Shown: piece after piece, positions 46,901 to 59,029 of the stretch | Layout: every line of letters begins with the position of its first letter | Numbering within the stretch: the stretch's first letter is position 1 | Assembly (NCBI GenBank): GCA_965645245.1 | Contig: OZ287067.1 | Coordinates: 62,001-126,000, forward strand | DNA length: 64,000 nt | Source: Massalongia carnosa | Taxonomy: Eukaryota | Direction: 5' to 3' | The notes under the pieces: generated by a model | The model's input: the letters and a program-made list of their open reading frames with translations, nothing else | Databases searched by the model: none | Told to the model about the DNA's origin: nothing | Made by a program: the position numbers and the translations under genes

Positions 46901-49427
46901 CATCCGAATGCCTTCGGCGTGGATCTGTTTCTCAAACTTCTGATATTCTCTTGCGTTGTCGCATCGGTATATGGCTACCTTTTCACCTGATTGGAGGCCA
47001 ATTGCCGTCTGCCATTCGCTGATTTTCTGGTAAATCTCCTTTCGAGACTTCAAACAAATAAGCCAGGACTTCCTGGTAAGGTCATCAATAAGGGACACAA
47101 AGTATGCGTGTCCTTCGATGCTGCTAACTCGATATGGGCCCCAAATGTCGGTGTGGACCCTCCCTAGCCTTCTATCTGCACGCCTCGGGGTGCCTCTATT
47201 GACTATCCTAGTCAAATTTGAAAAATTGCAAGTGGTGCAATCCAGATTTTTGAGTGAAGGTAAGTCGATCTGATCTATATCCGTCACGTGGTAGGATAAT
47301 GCCCTAAGCCTCTTCGGGTTTACATGACCCATACGCGCATGCCACAGCGAATATAAGGCTAACTTTGAAGCATTCGTTAAAGATTTAATAGTCCCATTTT
47401 TCGATATGTTGAGCGATCCAGAGGCCTTCGAGGATTCATCAATAATTTTGCCCTGATTGACATCGATATGCTCCGCAGTTTCGACCTCGTCAAGAGTCGA
47501 AACGACTTTTTCATCCTCCTCTAGCGTAAAATTCTCATTGTCCGAAAAATCCTCCGTGGTCAAAAGTGCCACCTGAGAGTTATGCAAAAGATACATCTTC
47601 CCTTTCAGAACTCCGCGAGCCACCAAGGTACCTCGTCGCCGAATTTCTACTCCATGCTTCTTGAATAGAACACTGAATCCTTTTCGGTTGAGGGCTGAAA
47701 TAGAAAGCAGGTTTGCATCCAAATCCGGAACATGCAACACCTCTTTCATAATAATAGTCTGACCATCTAGATCAAACTTCACGTTGCCAATGCTTCGTGC
47801 ATGCAACTTCTCACCATTTGCTACTGTAATGGAGGTCTTCACAGCCTTCTTGCTGGTGAACATAGCTTCGTTCGGGGTCATATGTCTGCTAGCTCCAGAG
47901 TCAATGATCCAAGAAATGGGGTCGCCCTCATCGGTTTCCCGTGCCATCCATGCACTATCCGAGTTGCTGTCCCGTTCCTCATCTTCTTGTGCAGCACGTG
48001 CACTTCCTGACTTTCTCTTGGGTTTTTGCTGCGGCCTTTCTTCTGACTATCCTGACTGGTTTTGGCTTCTTCTTTTTCGTCGGGTCTAGTTTTATTGTTT
48101 TTCGCATATGCCTTGCCTTCATCAGTCGCAAGCCATTCGAAACACTTAACTTTGTAGTGTCCAGGTTTATCGCAGTGGAAACATTTCCTAACCTCATTGC
48201 CTTTTGCAAAGGCCTTATTTGCAATTTCCCCTTGATTGCCCTCGTCCTTTACCTTCTGCTCCACTAGCTTCAACCGCTCCTTCGTGTGAGCTAAGGTCAG
48301 CTCCCGCATGTCTTCCAGATGGTATTTGGCCATAGTATAGGCCTCGTGGTCCACTGAGTTGATAAGCGTGAGAGCAACGTCTAAATCGGTGGGGGCTTCC
48401 GTTTCCTTAATGTCTCGTATAATACTCTGTAGGCGAGATAATTCACTCGATATATCATCGATGGTCTCCGCTGACCCTGCCTTGTAGTTAAAGAATTTCC
48501 TCTTCAAGAAATTCAAACGGCCCTGACCCTGGGCCCCATGCACTTTTCTAAGTGCCTCCCACATGGCATGCGACGAGGCCAGCCCTTTCACGTGATTATG
48601 CTGAGCGTCGTCCATGTTGGTATAAATCCAGGCCTTTGCCTGAGCATCGTCGAATCTCCAGGCCTTGTAATCCACTGGCCTGATATTCACGTCTGGAAGA
48701 AGTTCAGAACCATTCACGATTGACCATAGCATTTTCGCATCCAGAAGGAGTTCCATGCCGTCGGCCCAGCTCTGGTAGTTATCCGAATTTAGGTGAGTTA
48801 CTTTTATCTCACCTTTCAAAATGGCTTTCGTATAAAGGCCAACTAACTTTGGGCCTCCAGGAATACTTTCCGGTGACGCTGGCCCTCCAGCGGAGTCAGG
48901 GGTAGGTGCATTGAAATTGCCAGACATGTTGACGATACGTAAACCCGATGGCAGCTAGGTGCTTGCCGGGCTCATAACCTGTTGAAACGCGCCTGGATAA
49001 TGGGAGGCAGGTTGTCTGGGACGATAAAGGTACAAGAATAAGTGCTGAATAGCTGAATATTTATTATACCGAATAGCTACCTGATAACGACTGAATAGAT
49101 AAAATACATGAGAAATCAACGCCTTATTATACCTAAAGAATATTACCCCTATTCGGCTTTGCTGACCGAACTTCGCAACTTTCGAATGTACGAAGCCGAA
49201 AGGATTGATAATCTGATGAGGCCATTGTCGCCATGTATGTCAAAATAGCTATAATAGCTTATTCATCTTCTCGCGGTTTATCATGCCGTAAAAGAGTGAT
49301 TTGAAATCTCATCCCGCCACATTAGAAATCGAACTCGTTAAATATTTTGCGATTACCCAATTGAGCTTAGCTAAAAATAGTTATGCGGGAATTCAAGAAA
49401 ATGCCGCAACTTAGGAAATTCGCAACA
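43952..49427 (-). mobile_element. Ty1/Copia LTR retrotransposon B
   Basis: 448-bp LTRs (43952-44399, 48980-49427); TSD AAGGA; GGTTATGAGCCC PBS-like motif on the minus strand. Confidence 0.95.
44507..48927 (-). pseudogene. Copia B gag-pol (one frameshift between gag 47878-48927 and pol 44507-47947)
   Basis: CFHCDKPGHYKVKC; WIIDSGASRHM; WHARMGH; ENGVAER; YVDD; ADAAY, KHIDIQYH. Confidence 0.9.
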
Positions 49428-52158
49428 AAGGATAGATAATAGGATAGACTGGCTATGCGCAAAATCGCAAGCCCTCCACCGGATGGAAGAAATTTCAGGA
49501 ACGAGCCACCAAATGTACTATAGTAGGATACGAAGGCGATCACATCTATCGAATGATAAATCCACGGGGCGCGGTCATGCGTTATTCCAATGTTCAGTGG
49601 ATAGATAACAATCCCCCAACTCCTCCTTCCTTATCATTCTCTCAAACTAAAAGAGCCCTACAGGTTGGACAGTCAGGACCGCCCACAAGAAAGCGAAAAA
49701 ATTACCCATCATACGGACGCCCCTCATACGGACTTAGTCGACGCTCATGAATCCATAGAATCAATTCCCACTGGACCTCTCCCACCAAACGCTAGACAAG
49801 AGGCATTGGCAAACCAACGGCACATTGAGCCTCGGTCCCAGGCAGATATTTTCTCTAAGCACCCAGAACTTCGTGCCCCCTCGCCTGACCCACTAGTTTT
49901 TTTGGCCCTTCTTGCTCGAGCCAATGACCCGGAGCCATACGAGCCTAGATCCTATAAACAGGCCGTAGACAGTCGGTAGGAAAAGGATTGGCGAAGGGCA
50001 ATGCAGGAAGAAATCGACTCTATCAACGAAAATAATACCTGGATCCTCACCTCCCTGCCCTCGGACCGCAAAGCCCGGCGAGGCAAATGGGTTTATAAAA
50101 TCAACTAGGCCCGGCTGGCGAGATTCTTCGTTACAAGGCTCGATGGGTGGTCAGAGGCTTTGAGCAAGTGAAAGCATTAACTACAATGAGACTTTTGCTT
50201 CAGTAGTGAAGCCAATGAGCTATAAAGCCATCGTCGCTATCGCTGCAGCTAATGACTGGGAAATTCACCAAATGGACGTAAAAACAGCCTTCTTGTACGG
50301 AAGAGTGGACGAGGAAATCTACGTGGAGCAACCAACCGGTCTGGATGACGGGTCAACGAGAGTTTGCAAGTTGAAGAAAGCTCTTTATGGCCTGAAACAG
50401 TTGTCTAGAATCTCGTATGAAACGATCACTATTTTTTTCAAGTCTCATGACTTCGTTCCAGTCAATGCCGACCTTAGCGTTTTCGTTAAAGAAGGGGTTA
50501 TCGTAGCCATTTATGTCGATGATTTAATCATCACTGGCCCTTCTTCTTCTTCCGAGATACAACGTGTCAAGAAACTGCTGAGCGACGAGTTCTCGATGTT
50601 TAATTTAGGGCCTATTAATTACTAGCTGGGCATGACGATAACTCGGGATCGGGCCAACAGGATTCTTCGCCTTGGTCAGCAGGCCTATCTGGAAAAAGTA
50701 CTACGCGACCATGGTATGTGGGACACTTAACCCTTGGCTACCCCGATGGATGGGCGACTGGAGGCTGCACCAGAGGGCCATCAGGCCACAGATGACTCTC
50801 GCCTCCGCCACCAATCAGCGGTAGGCTCTCTCATGTATGCTATGCTAGGCACCAGGCCTGACTTAGCCTACATCGTACCGGTGGTCAGCCGCCATGCCTC
50901 GAACCCGACCGACACGCACTGGAAGGCAGTCAAACGCATCTTTCGATACATCAAGGGCACTCTTCCGTTGCAGTTAACATACAAAGGTCGCCTACAACCC
51001 TTGAACTGTTACACTGACGCGGATTGGGCCAAAGATCATCATACCCGAAGGTCTACTACCTCTGGCTTCGTGTTTAATGTTGGTAGTGGCGCTATTAGCT
51101 TGTCTTCCAAACGACAACCGACCGTAGCCCTATCTTCATGCGAAGTCGAGTACATGGGTCAGACCCAAGCCACCAAGGAAGCCGCCTGGTTGTCTAGTCT
51201 TCTCGACCAACTCTCAACACCTCAAGTCCTTGGGAATAACTATATCCAAACCCAGAGCACCTCTGTAGCCCTTGCCTACTTGCCTATATCTTTCGCCCTA
51301 AACGCTATCATCATTCACTGCGACAATCAAGGAGCAATGGCTTTGGCCAAAAATCCCCAGGCACACGCGCGGAGCAAGCATATCGACATCCAATGGCACT
51401 ACCAAAGAGAGAAGATCGAAGACAAATCAGTGGAATTTCGCTATGTTCCTACCGAAGAGCAGGTAGCTGTCGGCCTAATCAAGGCCCTACCAAACGATAA
51501 ATTTGTTGTCTTTCGAAAGGCTTTAGGCTTAAAGTAAAACCAGAAGCCCTTTGTCGTAAAAATCCGACCTTAACCCCCGAAAAAAAAAGTATCACCCACA
51601 GCTAAGCCTGCGGGGGTGTTTTCGTACATCACCAGCAGCATTAGCCTGCGGAGTACACTGACTCACCTGCAGGTGATCCACTAGGAAGCATGATATTATA
51701 CTGGAGTATGTGGGAATTATTGAGTTTCTCTTTATCATGTGGGAGAGCTATTTCAGTGCCTGAGTGGGAGTGTTAGAATGTACAAATCAGGCTACTTCAT
51801 TTCAGCCGCACTCACCTTCTACCGCACGAGTATAGCGCACGCTAACTAATGGCTAGACGTATCGCTAGTCTAATACTAGGATACCGTACATTGTCTATAA
51901 ATCTAGCTATTCCCACTATATAGAACAAAAGCAAGCGTTCTATCCTCTATTGACTATATATTACTATACTGCCTTTTGATAACATCAGGTTCTGAACATC
52001 AGACGGCCCATTTCCGAAATGCTACTTATGCTACTTTCGGGTTGAAAGATGCAGATATGTCAAGGGACCGTGAACTAAGCCGAGGAGAAGATAATTAACC
52101 TCGACTACGATTTCCCTTACTGTGGCGGGCTTTATCACGATATGAAGATCAGCCGGTC

Positions 52159-52437
52159 ATGAATGACAACAGGCTTGCAGCGTTCAATGAACACGAAGTC
52201 ATCCTGAGAATGATCGAGGATGCTAAAGTGGTAGATCTGGAGGCACAAGATCAGCACTGGCGGACAGCGTTAATTTGGGCAGCAGAATTAGGGCACGAGA
52301 AGGTTGTGGAGATGTTGCTGGACAAGGGCGCGGAGGTGAATGCTCAAGGGAGAGGGTTTGACGACTTCCTACTATTTGGAACAGTTAGAGCGCACCGCTT
52401 AGGCCTCTCTGCTAACGCGGGCGAGTGTAAAACCTAG
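52159..52437 (+). pseudogene. Ankyrin-repeat fragment (probable tail of a lost ANK gene, possibly an NLR)
   Basis: DLEAQDQHWRTALIWAAELGHEKVVEMLLDKGAEVNAQG matches the ankyrin consensus. Confidence 0.75.
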
Positions 52438-52636
52438 GGGTAATCGCGTGCGTCAGCGAGCTCGATCATTCTGTCATTCACGTTCTAAACTTTCAGCTTT
52501 GGACAAAATAAAAAGTAGTATTCTTACACTGCCTTGTTCATCAACCGCTCAGAAGATCAGGTTAGGTTTCAAGGGTAATAGGATTTAGTTCTGAATTATA
52601 TGAATCGCTTTAAGACTCCAATGATAAACTCTCCAT

Positions 52637-54960
52637 CTACCACTCATTGGGATACTTAAGCGAAGACTCTGTATGAGAATGTTGAGGACCCAGCTTGTGT
52701 TTTTGGAGCTGAAAACATTCCTTTAGCAGTGAGAGAGCCTCATCATTGCGGCCTTGAGACTTCCACGTGAATGCAAGGTTGCTCATGCTAGTCAGCGTGG
52801 AAGGATGCTCCGCCCCTAGCACCCTCTTTCTCGTCTCCATCACTTGCACCTCCAGCTCTTCGGCCTCCGTCCATCGTCCTTGATTCCTGTACGTCGACGC
52901 AAGATTGGCCATGCTGAGCAGCGTGGAAGGATGCTCCGCCCCTAGCACCCTCGCACTCGTCTCCATCACTTGCACCTGCAGCTCTTTGGCCTCCGTCCAT
53001 CGTCCTTGATCCCTGTACGTCAACGCAAGATTGTTCATGCTAGTCAGCGTGGAAGGATGCTCCGCCCCTAGCACCCTCTTTCTCGTCTCCATCACTTGCA
53101 CCTGCAGCTCTTCGGCCTTCGTCCATCGTCCTTGTCCCTTGTATGCCAAGGCTAGCATAGCCATACTATTCAATGTCTCTTCATCCTCTGGACCAAGCAC
53201 TTTTTGCCTGGTTCTTTTTGCTTTTAGGGCCATTGTCGCTGCTTCAGCGTAACTCCCTTTCGCCCACGCATACCATGCAGCGTGATATAGTATCAAGGCC
53301 CAATCTTGTAATGAGCTTTCGACAGCTGGCTCCTGCGCTACTGCCGACTTTGCGTGAGGAAAAAGCGTTGGATACTTTGTCCAGTTCTCGTAATTTCCCG
53401 TCGGAAATACTGTACAGAGATTCTTGATGTATTGCTGCTTCCATCTTTCGAGCTGATTGGATGCTTCTAGCCACTTTCTGATCGCTTGCTGCACTAGCCC
53501 GTGCATCTCAAAGGTGGTTTCATCTATGCTGATGGTGATGAACGAGAAGTTTCTCAAGACAAGTATGTCGTCTTCAAACTCGTCGACGCTGGAATCGGAT
53601 ACGGTATCCTTATTGCTATCGTCTTCGTGGTCATCATCTTCGTCATTTCCAGCATTTTCTCCCGTATTTTCATTTCCTGCCTCGTTTTGTGTCTTGAGTA
53701 AAGCCTCAGGAATTCCCTGTCGATCGAAAAAGCTCATAAGCGACAGCAGATTAGCTGCCGAAGGCTTGATCTGATGAATATGATCAAACGATATTTGCCA
53801 GGTTATAATGATTGAATTTTTAGCATCCAGGTCCCTGCGAAGATGTCCCGCTTCGTGATTCAACAGACTAGTCTTTCTTTTATCATTTTTATAGAACTCT
53901 TTTATGTATTGTCGAACAGAATATCTTGGTACTCTTTGTCGAATGTATGCGGCCGCTTGAACGATGGCAAGCGGCATGACTTCGAGTGCTGCTGCTAGCT
54001 CAGCAGTATCATCTCTGTCCATCTGTTCTCCCAGCTTCTTTTCAAGGAGCGCTAGCGCATGTGTATCGTCCATCGGCTCAACCGGTATTATGTCTCTTTC
54101 TTCTGCTAGCCGCAATGCCACGCTTTTAGTCCGGGAGGTGATGAGAATCGAGCCGTTTCGACTCTGAGGTAGATATGCTAACAGTGATTGCGTGAGCCCG
54201 CTTCTAATGCCGCAATCCTGCGCCTTCTGGCCTGTAGCATGAGTTTCGAAAAGCACAGTAGCTTCGTCGGCATTGTCGAGGACCAGAGCCCACTTTCCGT
54301 TCTTTTCGTCGCGTAACCACTTGTCAACTAGCCGGAATATGTCCGCCTTTGGGTCCTCCCTGCCAGGAATCTTGACTTGCTCTGCAACATCCCGATAACC
54401 TTGCTCGATACGGGCTGCATTACTAGCGTGTATCCAGAACACCCACGTCGTCGGCAACTGCTCTCTGATTCGATAGCAGTACTCGATGGCAAGCTGCGAC
54501 TTTCTTTGCGAAAGTAAGCTATTAGAACTAGCCTGAGGCCCTTTGGCTTACCCAACGCCGCCTAGGCCGACAAGCGCTACCCTTGATGCTGGCGCGGAGC
54601 ACTTTTCGTGGATCTGATCAAGTAGCGTTCCGCGATCGACGAAATCAGGGTCGCGGGGGAAACGAACAGCAGATGATGGGCTTGGTGGGGTATCGGGTCT
54701 TTCTACAAACGCAGAATGCTATCAGCCTTGGCTCACAGGACGCTATATTATTGTGAATGGCGACTTGCCTGGATATTGAACAATATTGTTTGTCTGAGAG
54801 CCTAATCAGGATTTAGCATAAGATCAATATCGATGTGAACAGGACGCAAACCAATCACTTTCGCATAGCCTGAGACGTCACCGATCACAGTGCCTTGGTT
54901 GCCAGAAATCGTGCCAAAATCCTTCGTGCCTGTAGAGACTACTGGCGTGTTACCGGCCAT
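52637..54960 (-). CDS. Fungal NLR: short N-terminal putative amyloid motif + NB-ARC + TPR repeats; exons 54960-54852, 54801-54769, 54702-54552, 54503-52637 (719 aa)
   Basis: Manual splicing (GT-AG, GC-AG, GT-AG) gives an open frame with P-loop GLGGVGKS, Walker B LVLDNAD, ITSR, PLAI.QAAAYI, MHGLV and 42-aa TPR repeats. Confidence 0.9.
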
Positions 54961-55304
54961 TGCTGCGTCGGAAGATTGTAGACATTAGAGCTCGGAGCTA
55001 TATTGAATAAGACTTGAAAACCATTACCTTTACCGTGCTCAGGACCGCACCTAGGCTCGGCCGGAAACTCGACGCCCAAGACTTTCTAAAAGCACTGTTC
55101 ATCTCTAAGTATAAATATAGGCACGGACTCGCCGATGGAGGGCCCCCCGCCATCATGCGGGATAGATGGCTGATAGAGCCAAGGCTATACACGTGCTGAA
55201 GCGCCTGGTCTCTCCATGCAGGCGGTATCACAATTATCTCGCATAAGTCATAGTGCTAAATTTGAAGCACGACCCCTCTGTAGTATTGCGATGACAACGC
55301 CAGC

Positions 55305-56568
55305 ATGGCCGAACCGTACGGATTAGGCGACCCTCTTTGATTCTCCAGACGCGAATATAGAGTACGCACCAGATGTCATTTCTCGTCCGGGTTGCTTTGT
55401 ATTGACCCAACAGTATTGTCTTCGTCCACGGGCTCGGCGGCGACAGAGTGAAAACTTGGACATGGGAGGGTCGAGATAGATCGCTGTTGTGGCCGCAAGA
55501 TCTCTTACCTCAAGCCTGCCCAACAGCTCGCATCCTTCTTTTGGGTACAATGCGGACTTTGCTCACTTCTATCCGTTTGTTGGACCGAAATTCATCCCGG
55601 AGCATTTGACTATTGATGATCACGCGACTGCAATGTTTCAGAGCCTAATCAGTCTCCACGAGAAAACCAAAACTGTAGGAATCGGCGCACCCCTACCCTT
55701 TCCACCAGAAATATGCTAATAGGATGTCTATGTCCAGGCTGAACGGCCGATTATTTTCGTCTCGCACAGCCTAGGGGGTCTCGTGTGCGCCAATGCGTTG
55801 TCAAGGCACAATGGTACCGACATTGCTAGCACTACCCTCGTAGAGAGAACGATTGGAGTCGTCTTCCTTGGAACGTCCTTTGAGGGATCGTCAAAAGCAA
55901 AATGGGGAAGCAGGGCTCTACAGATACTGGGCTGGATAAGCACCACGCATAAGCAGGATATAAAGGAGCTTGAAGAGCGTTCGGCAAAGCTCATCAGCGT
56001 TAACGAGGCCTTTCAGAAATTCCTGAAAGCACGGGATCGTTCAGAATCAAGAGAGTTTGTGGAAGTAGCTTGTTTCTTTGAACAGTATGCTATGTATGAG
56101 GGAGGGACGAAGATGGGATTTATCGTGCCCAAGGAATCGGCTTGCCTGCCTGGTATCGATCCACAGTCGATCCAGGCGAACCATGTTGATATGTGCAAGT
56201 TTGAGGATGAAGACCGAGAGGGATACAAGAGAATTTCACAAAAGTTGGTTCAATGGATATCGGATCTTGATAGTCGATCCAAGGGGTCTGGAGAGGATCG
56301 CCAGGTCTGACATCTCTTTCGCGCGCTTGAAGTTAGCTGTAAATCAACAGAACCATTCGGTTCGTATGGGCGATGTTAACTTTAGGGGCAAAATCGATAA
56401 AAATCGAGGTGTGATTATGGGTCATGCAAATAGTACGGCCACAGAAGGGGTTAAAATATCTGGGAGTAGTATCACTGTAAGGATCACCTATCCTTTCGAT
56501 AGCGATGTACAAGCTGACAGAAAATAAAGAATACTTATCATGGCATTAACCCAAAAGACTCTGTGTAG
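55305..56568 (+). pseudogene. SesB-like alpha/beta-hydrolase with C-terminal putative amyloid motif; exons 55305-55361, 55414-55674, 55738-56304, 56351-56476, 56530-56568; two 1-bp frameshifts as sequenced
   Basis: DIVFVHGLGG, WPQDLLP, ARIL/FGYNAD, RPIIFVSHSLGGLV nucleophile elbow, FLGT.F.GS, NHVDMCKF; tail rich in G/N and beta-branched residues. Confidence 0.85.
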
Positions 56569-57199
56569 ACCGAGGGATAGGCAATCATTGCGGAGTAATT
56601 CTAGGAAACTATTCAGGGACATAAAATAATCAATTGACTTTTTGACGTCTTTCAAAACAAAGTTTTTTCGCGCAGTCATCAGCTTCGGGTGAAAGTTGAC
56701 TCCTTGTGAGACGTGAAGAGCTCGCATGACAAGAGTTCCAGGCTTCAAATATGCCGCAGCTAGAGGGGGCCTCTTAGCAGAGAATGCTTATCCAACTTAT
56801 GTCCGATCTCTGAATCCTGCCCTTGCTTCCGTAAGCACTTCAGAACGAAAGTCTGACAAGATCTCAAATCAATATTGAATGAATAAGCATCTTACTTCAT
56901 TGAGCTACGTAGATGCAATGATGGAGATTTTCAAAGACGTACAATCAGTGCTTACGCCTGTCGAGCCTTTGATAAAGTACGCTAAAATTGTAAAGCGATT
57001 GAGCATCACAATCGACGACATAGCTGAAGATGAGACGAGCAATTACAATACATCAAGTCCTGACATCTATTCCTATCATTTTCATTACGTCAGGTCAGTA
57101 CGTTGACATTATTGAGATTTGTTTCGACATTTCAAAGCCTTTAAGCAAGGACTGAGGTTGACAGAAAAACCTTCACTGATCTAAGTGATAATTGACTTG

Positions 57200-57487
57200 C
57201 GATTCACAGAGATGAAGTGCAAGCGACATCAAAAGAAGATCATGATCAAGCATTGCAGCTGCTGCTGAAGAAAAGAGCCGATGAGAACGCTCGAGGTGGA
57301 GCCATTGACGATGCAACTGCAGACGGCGTCATTTAATGATCATGATCGAGTGATGCAGATATCGCTCGACAAAGAGGCTAATCTCAACGCACAAAGTGAA
57401 GGCTGTGACTACACATTGTGGACGGCATCAGCGAAAGGTCATGATAAGGAGATGCAAATGTTACTTGCCGCTGGTGCAATAGGGTAG
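57200..57487 (+). pseudogene. Degenerate ankyrin-repeat relic
   Basis: LQTASFNDHDRVMQISLDKEANLNAQ...TLWTASAKGHDKEMQMLLAAGA. Confidence 0.65.
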
Positions 57488-57659
57488 AAACATAGCACCG
57501 ATGTGACGAGCTAACTACTGATCTAGTGATATAGTGACACGCGGTGAACAAAAAAATCCACACACCCGCTGATAAGCAAAAGATTCAAATTTGATAATTA
57601 TCGTCTAACCCGTTAAAACCCTCGCATTCTTGTCTATCTAGAGTTTGGCTGCTCCCTCC

Positions 57660-59029
57660 TATTCGCACCACGCTGGCGCCCTAGGGGATCAGGAACGCTT
57701 GGCTCAGAGGGCCCAGCTTGCTCGCTGAAATGCTGGCCCCTGGTGCGAGTGACAGAGAAACTCCCAAATCCCAAAACTGAATGGCCTGCTGGCAGTGCCG
57801 TTCCGACCGATGCTGGCCTGACTGATGCTGCTTCGACTAAGGCTCAACCGGGCGAGGATAAAGGGCGCTGAAAACGTATAGATGTGTTGAGAACTTAATC
57901 TAAACTAGACTGAATGTAAAGCTGGTATGCATTCGATTTCTATCGTCCAAGTTGCTATATTTCTTTAGAAAGTGCGTTTGTTTAGCTGTGGTTGCTGCTC
58001 TTCTTCTGAATGTCTGGAAAATTTTCATTTTATGCCTAGCTAATTAATATCTGATTGGAGCCGGATGATGAAATACTCTTTTATAACAGAGCCGTCTTTT
58101 GAATAAAATAAGAGGCCAGAAGAATGTCGTGGAAGTTGGATGAACAAGTTTCGGAGAGAGGAAATTGCGCAAGTTCCACCGTAAGCATTACGCCTTTTCT
58201 GACTCGATCAGTTTCGAAGCAAGAGCTTATTAAACCGAATTCCTGCTGCTTGTCTTATTAATTGTCATGACGCAAATTCAGGATTCTGAAAATCTTTATT
58301 TAAGCAGGTGAACTTTCCTGCTCGGAGAAAAGTTGCAAAAGTTAAACAGTAAGCGGCGCGTATCACTGCTTGTGATTCGACTGTTAAATCAAGCTGTGAC
58401 ACTAGTTGTAAAAGAAAATCCTTTGTGATAGGAAGACGCTCGCGATTGTCTTCTTCCCCTCGTCTTCTTCTGATGCCCGTGATCAGTCTCTGAAGTGAAG
58501 AATGATAAAAGATTGCCAGATCTTCCACACCAAAATCACTTAACATAGATGTAAGCCAGGCAAGGTAACCCTTGAGGGTTTTAAAGGCAATTTTCCGTTT
58601 GACTAGCTCGGTGATTTCTGAAGCTATTCTTTGCAAGATAACAGGAAAATAGGAAAAGATCTTGTTGACTTGACAATGAATCTCGTAGCTTCTTCTAGCT
58701 GAGGAATTAAAATCTCAAGTCTTGGTTGCTAAATCCAATCATATCAGATTGATTGACTCTTTGTCAAAAGAAGTCAATGAAGTTTGAGTGCAAAAGATTG
58801 GAGGATCATGAACAAAGGTGTTGCTAATGTCTGGAAATTAGAATACCTGTCAGCGATCTTTGGTATTTTTCCTCGAGACAACATGTCAATAGCAGCATTG
58901 TCTCTGGTGCTGATTCATCAAGGCTTAATCTTAATGTCATTCAAAGCGGCCAACAAGGCAATTGCTAAAGGGCATGTATAGTACTACCTCGAATAGAGGT
59001 TGTTTTTACTCCTATTGCAACAGCAAAAT
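57660..59029 (-). mobile_element. Heavily decayed Ngaro-type YR retrotransposon 3 (RNaseH end, YR, B-like 3' region), cut by the Gypsy C LTR
   Basis: RERLPITK, AAYCLTFATFLRAG.F, FRRRAATTA, KSNAYQLYIQ remnants homologous to 31093-32148; boundaries approximate. Confidence 0.72.

Larger units (their letters stand above)
42761..51984 (+). mobile_element. 5'-truncated, degenerate Ty1/Copia element C (hosts a solo LTR and Copia B)
   Basis: DVLYVP..LNLIS, RSDCGGEY, QMDVKTAFL, YVDD, TDADWA, KHIDIQWH pieces; PPT GAGTGGGAG and 3' LTR 51771-51984 (TGTT...AACA); 5' LTR and gag missing. Confidence 0.85.

Noticed and set aside
56570..57200. Possible additional gene downstream of the hydrolase
   Set aside because: Only short ORFs without recognisable motifs; at most the decayed upstream part of the ankyrin relic
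57502..57675. Further copy of the 171-bp LTR (TGTGACGA...GCACCACGCT)
   Set aside because: Only two short words match; the intervening sequence is unrelated and the second word is explained by the relic's hairpin
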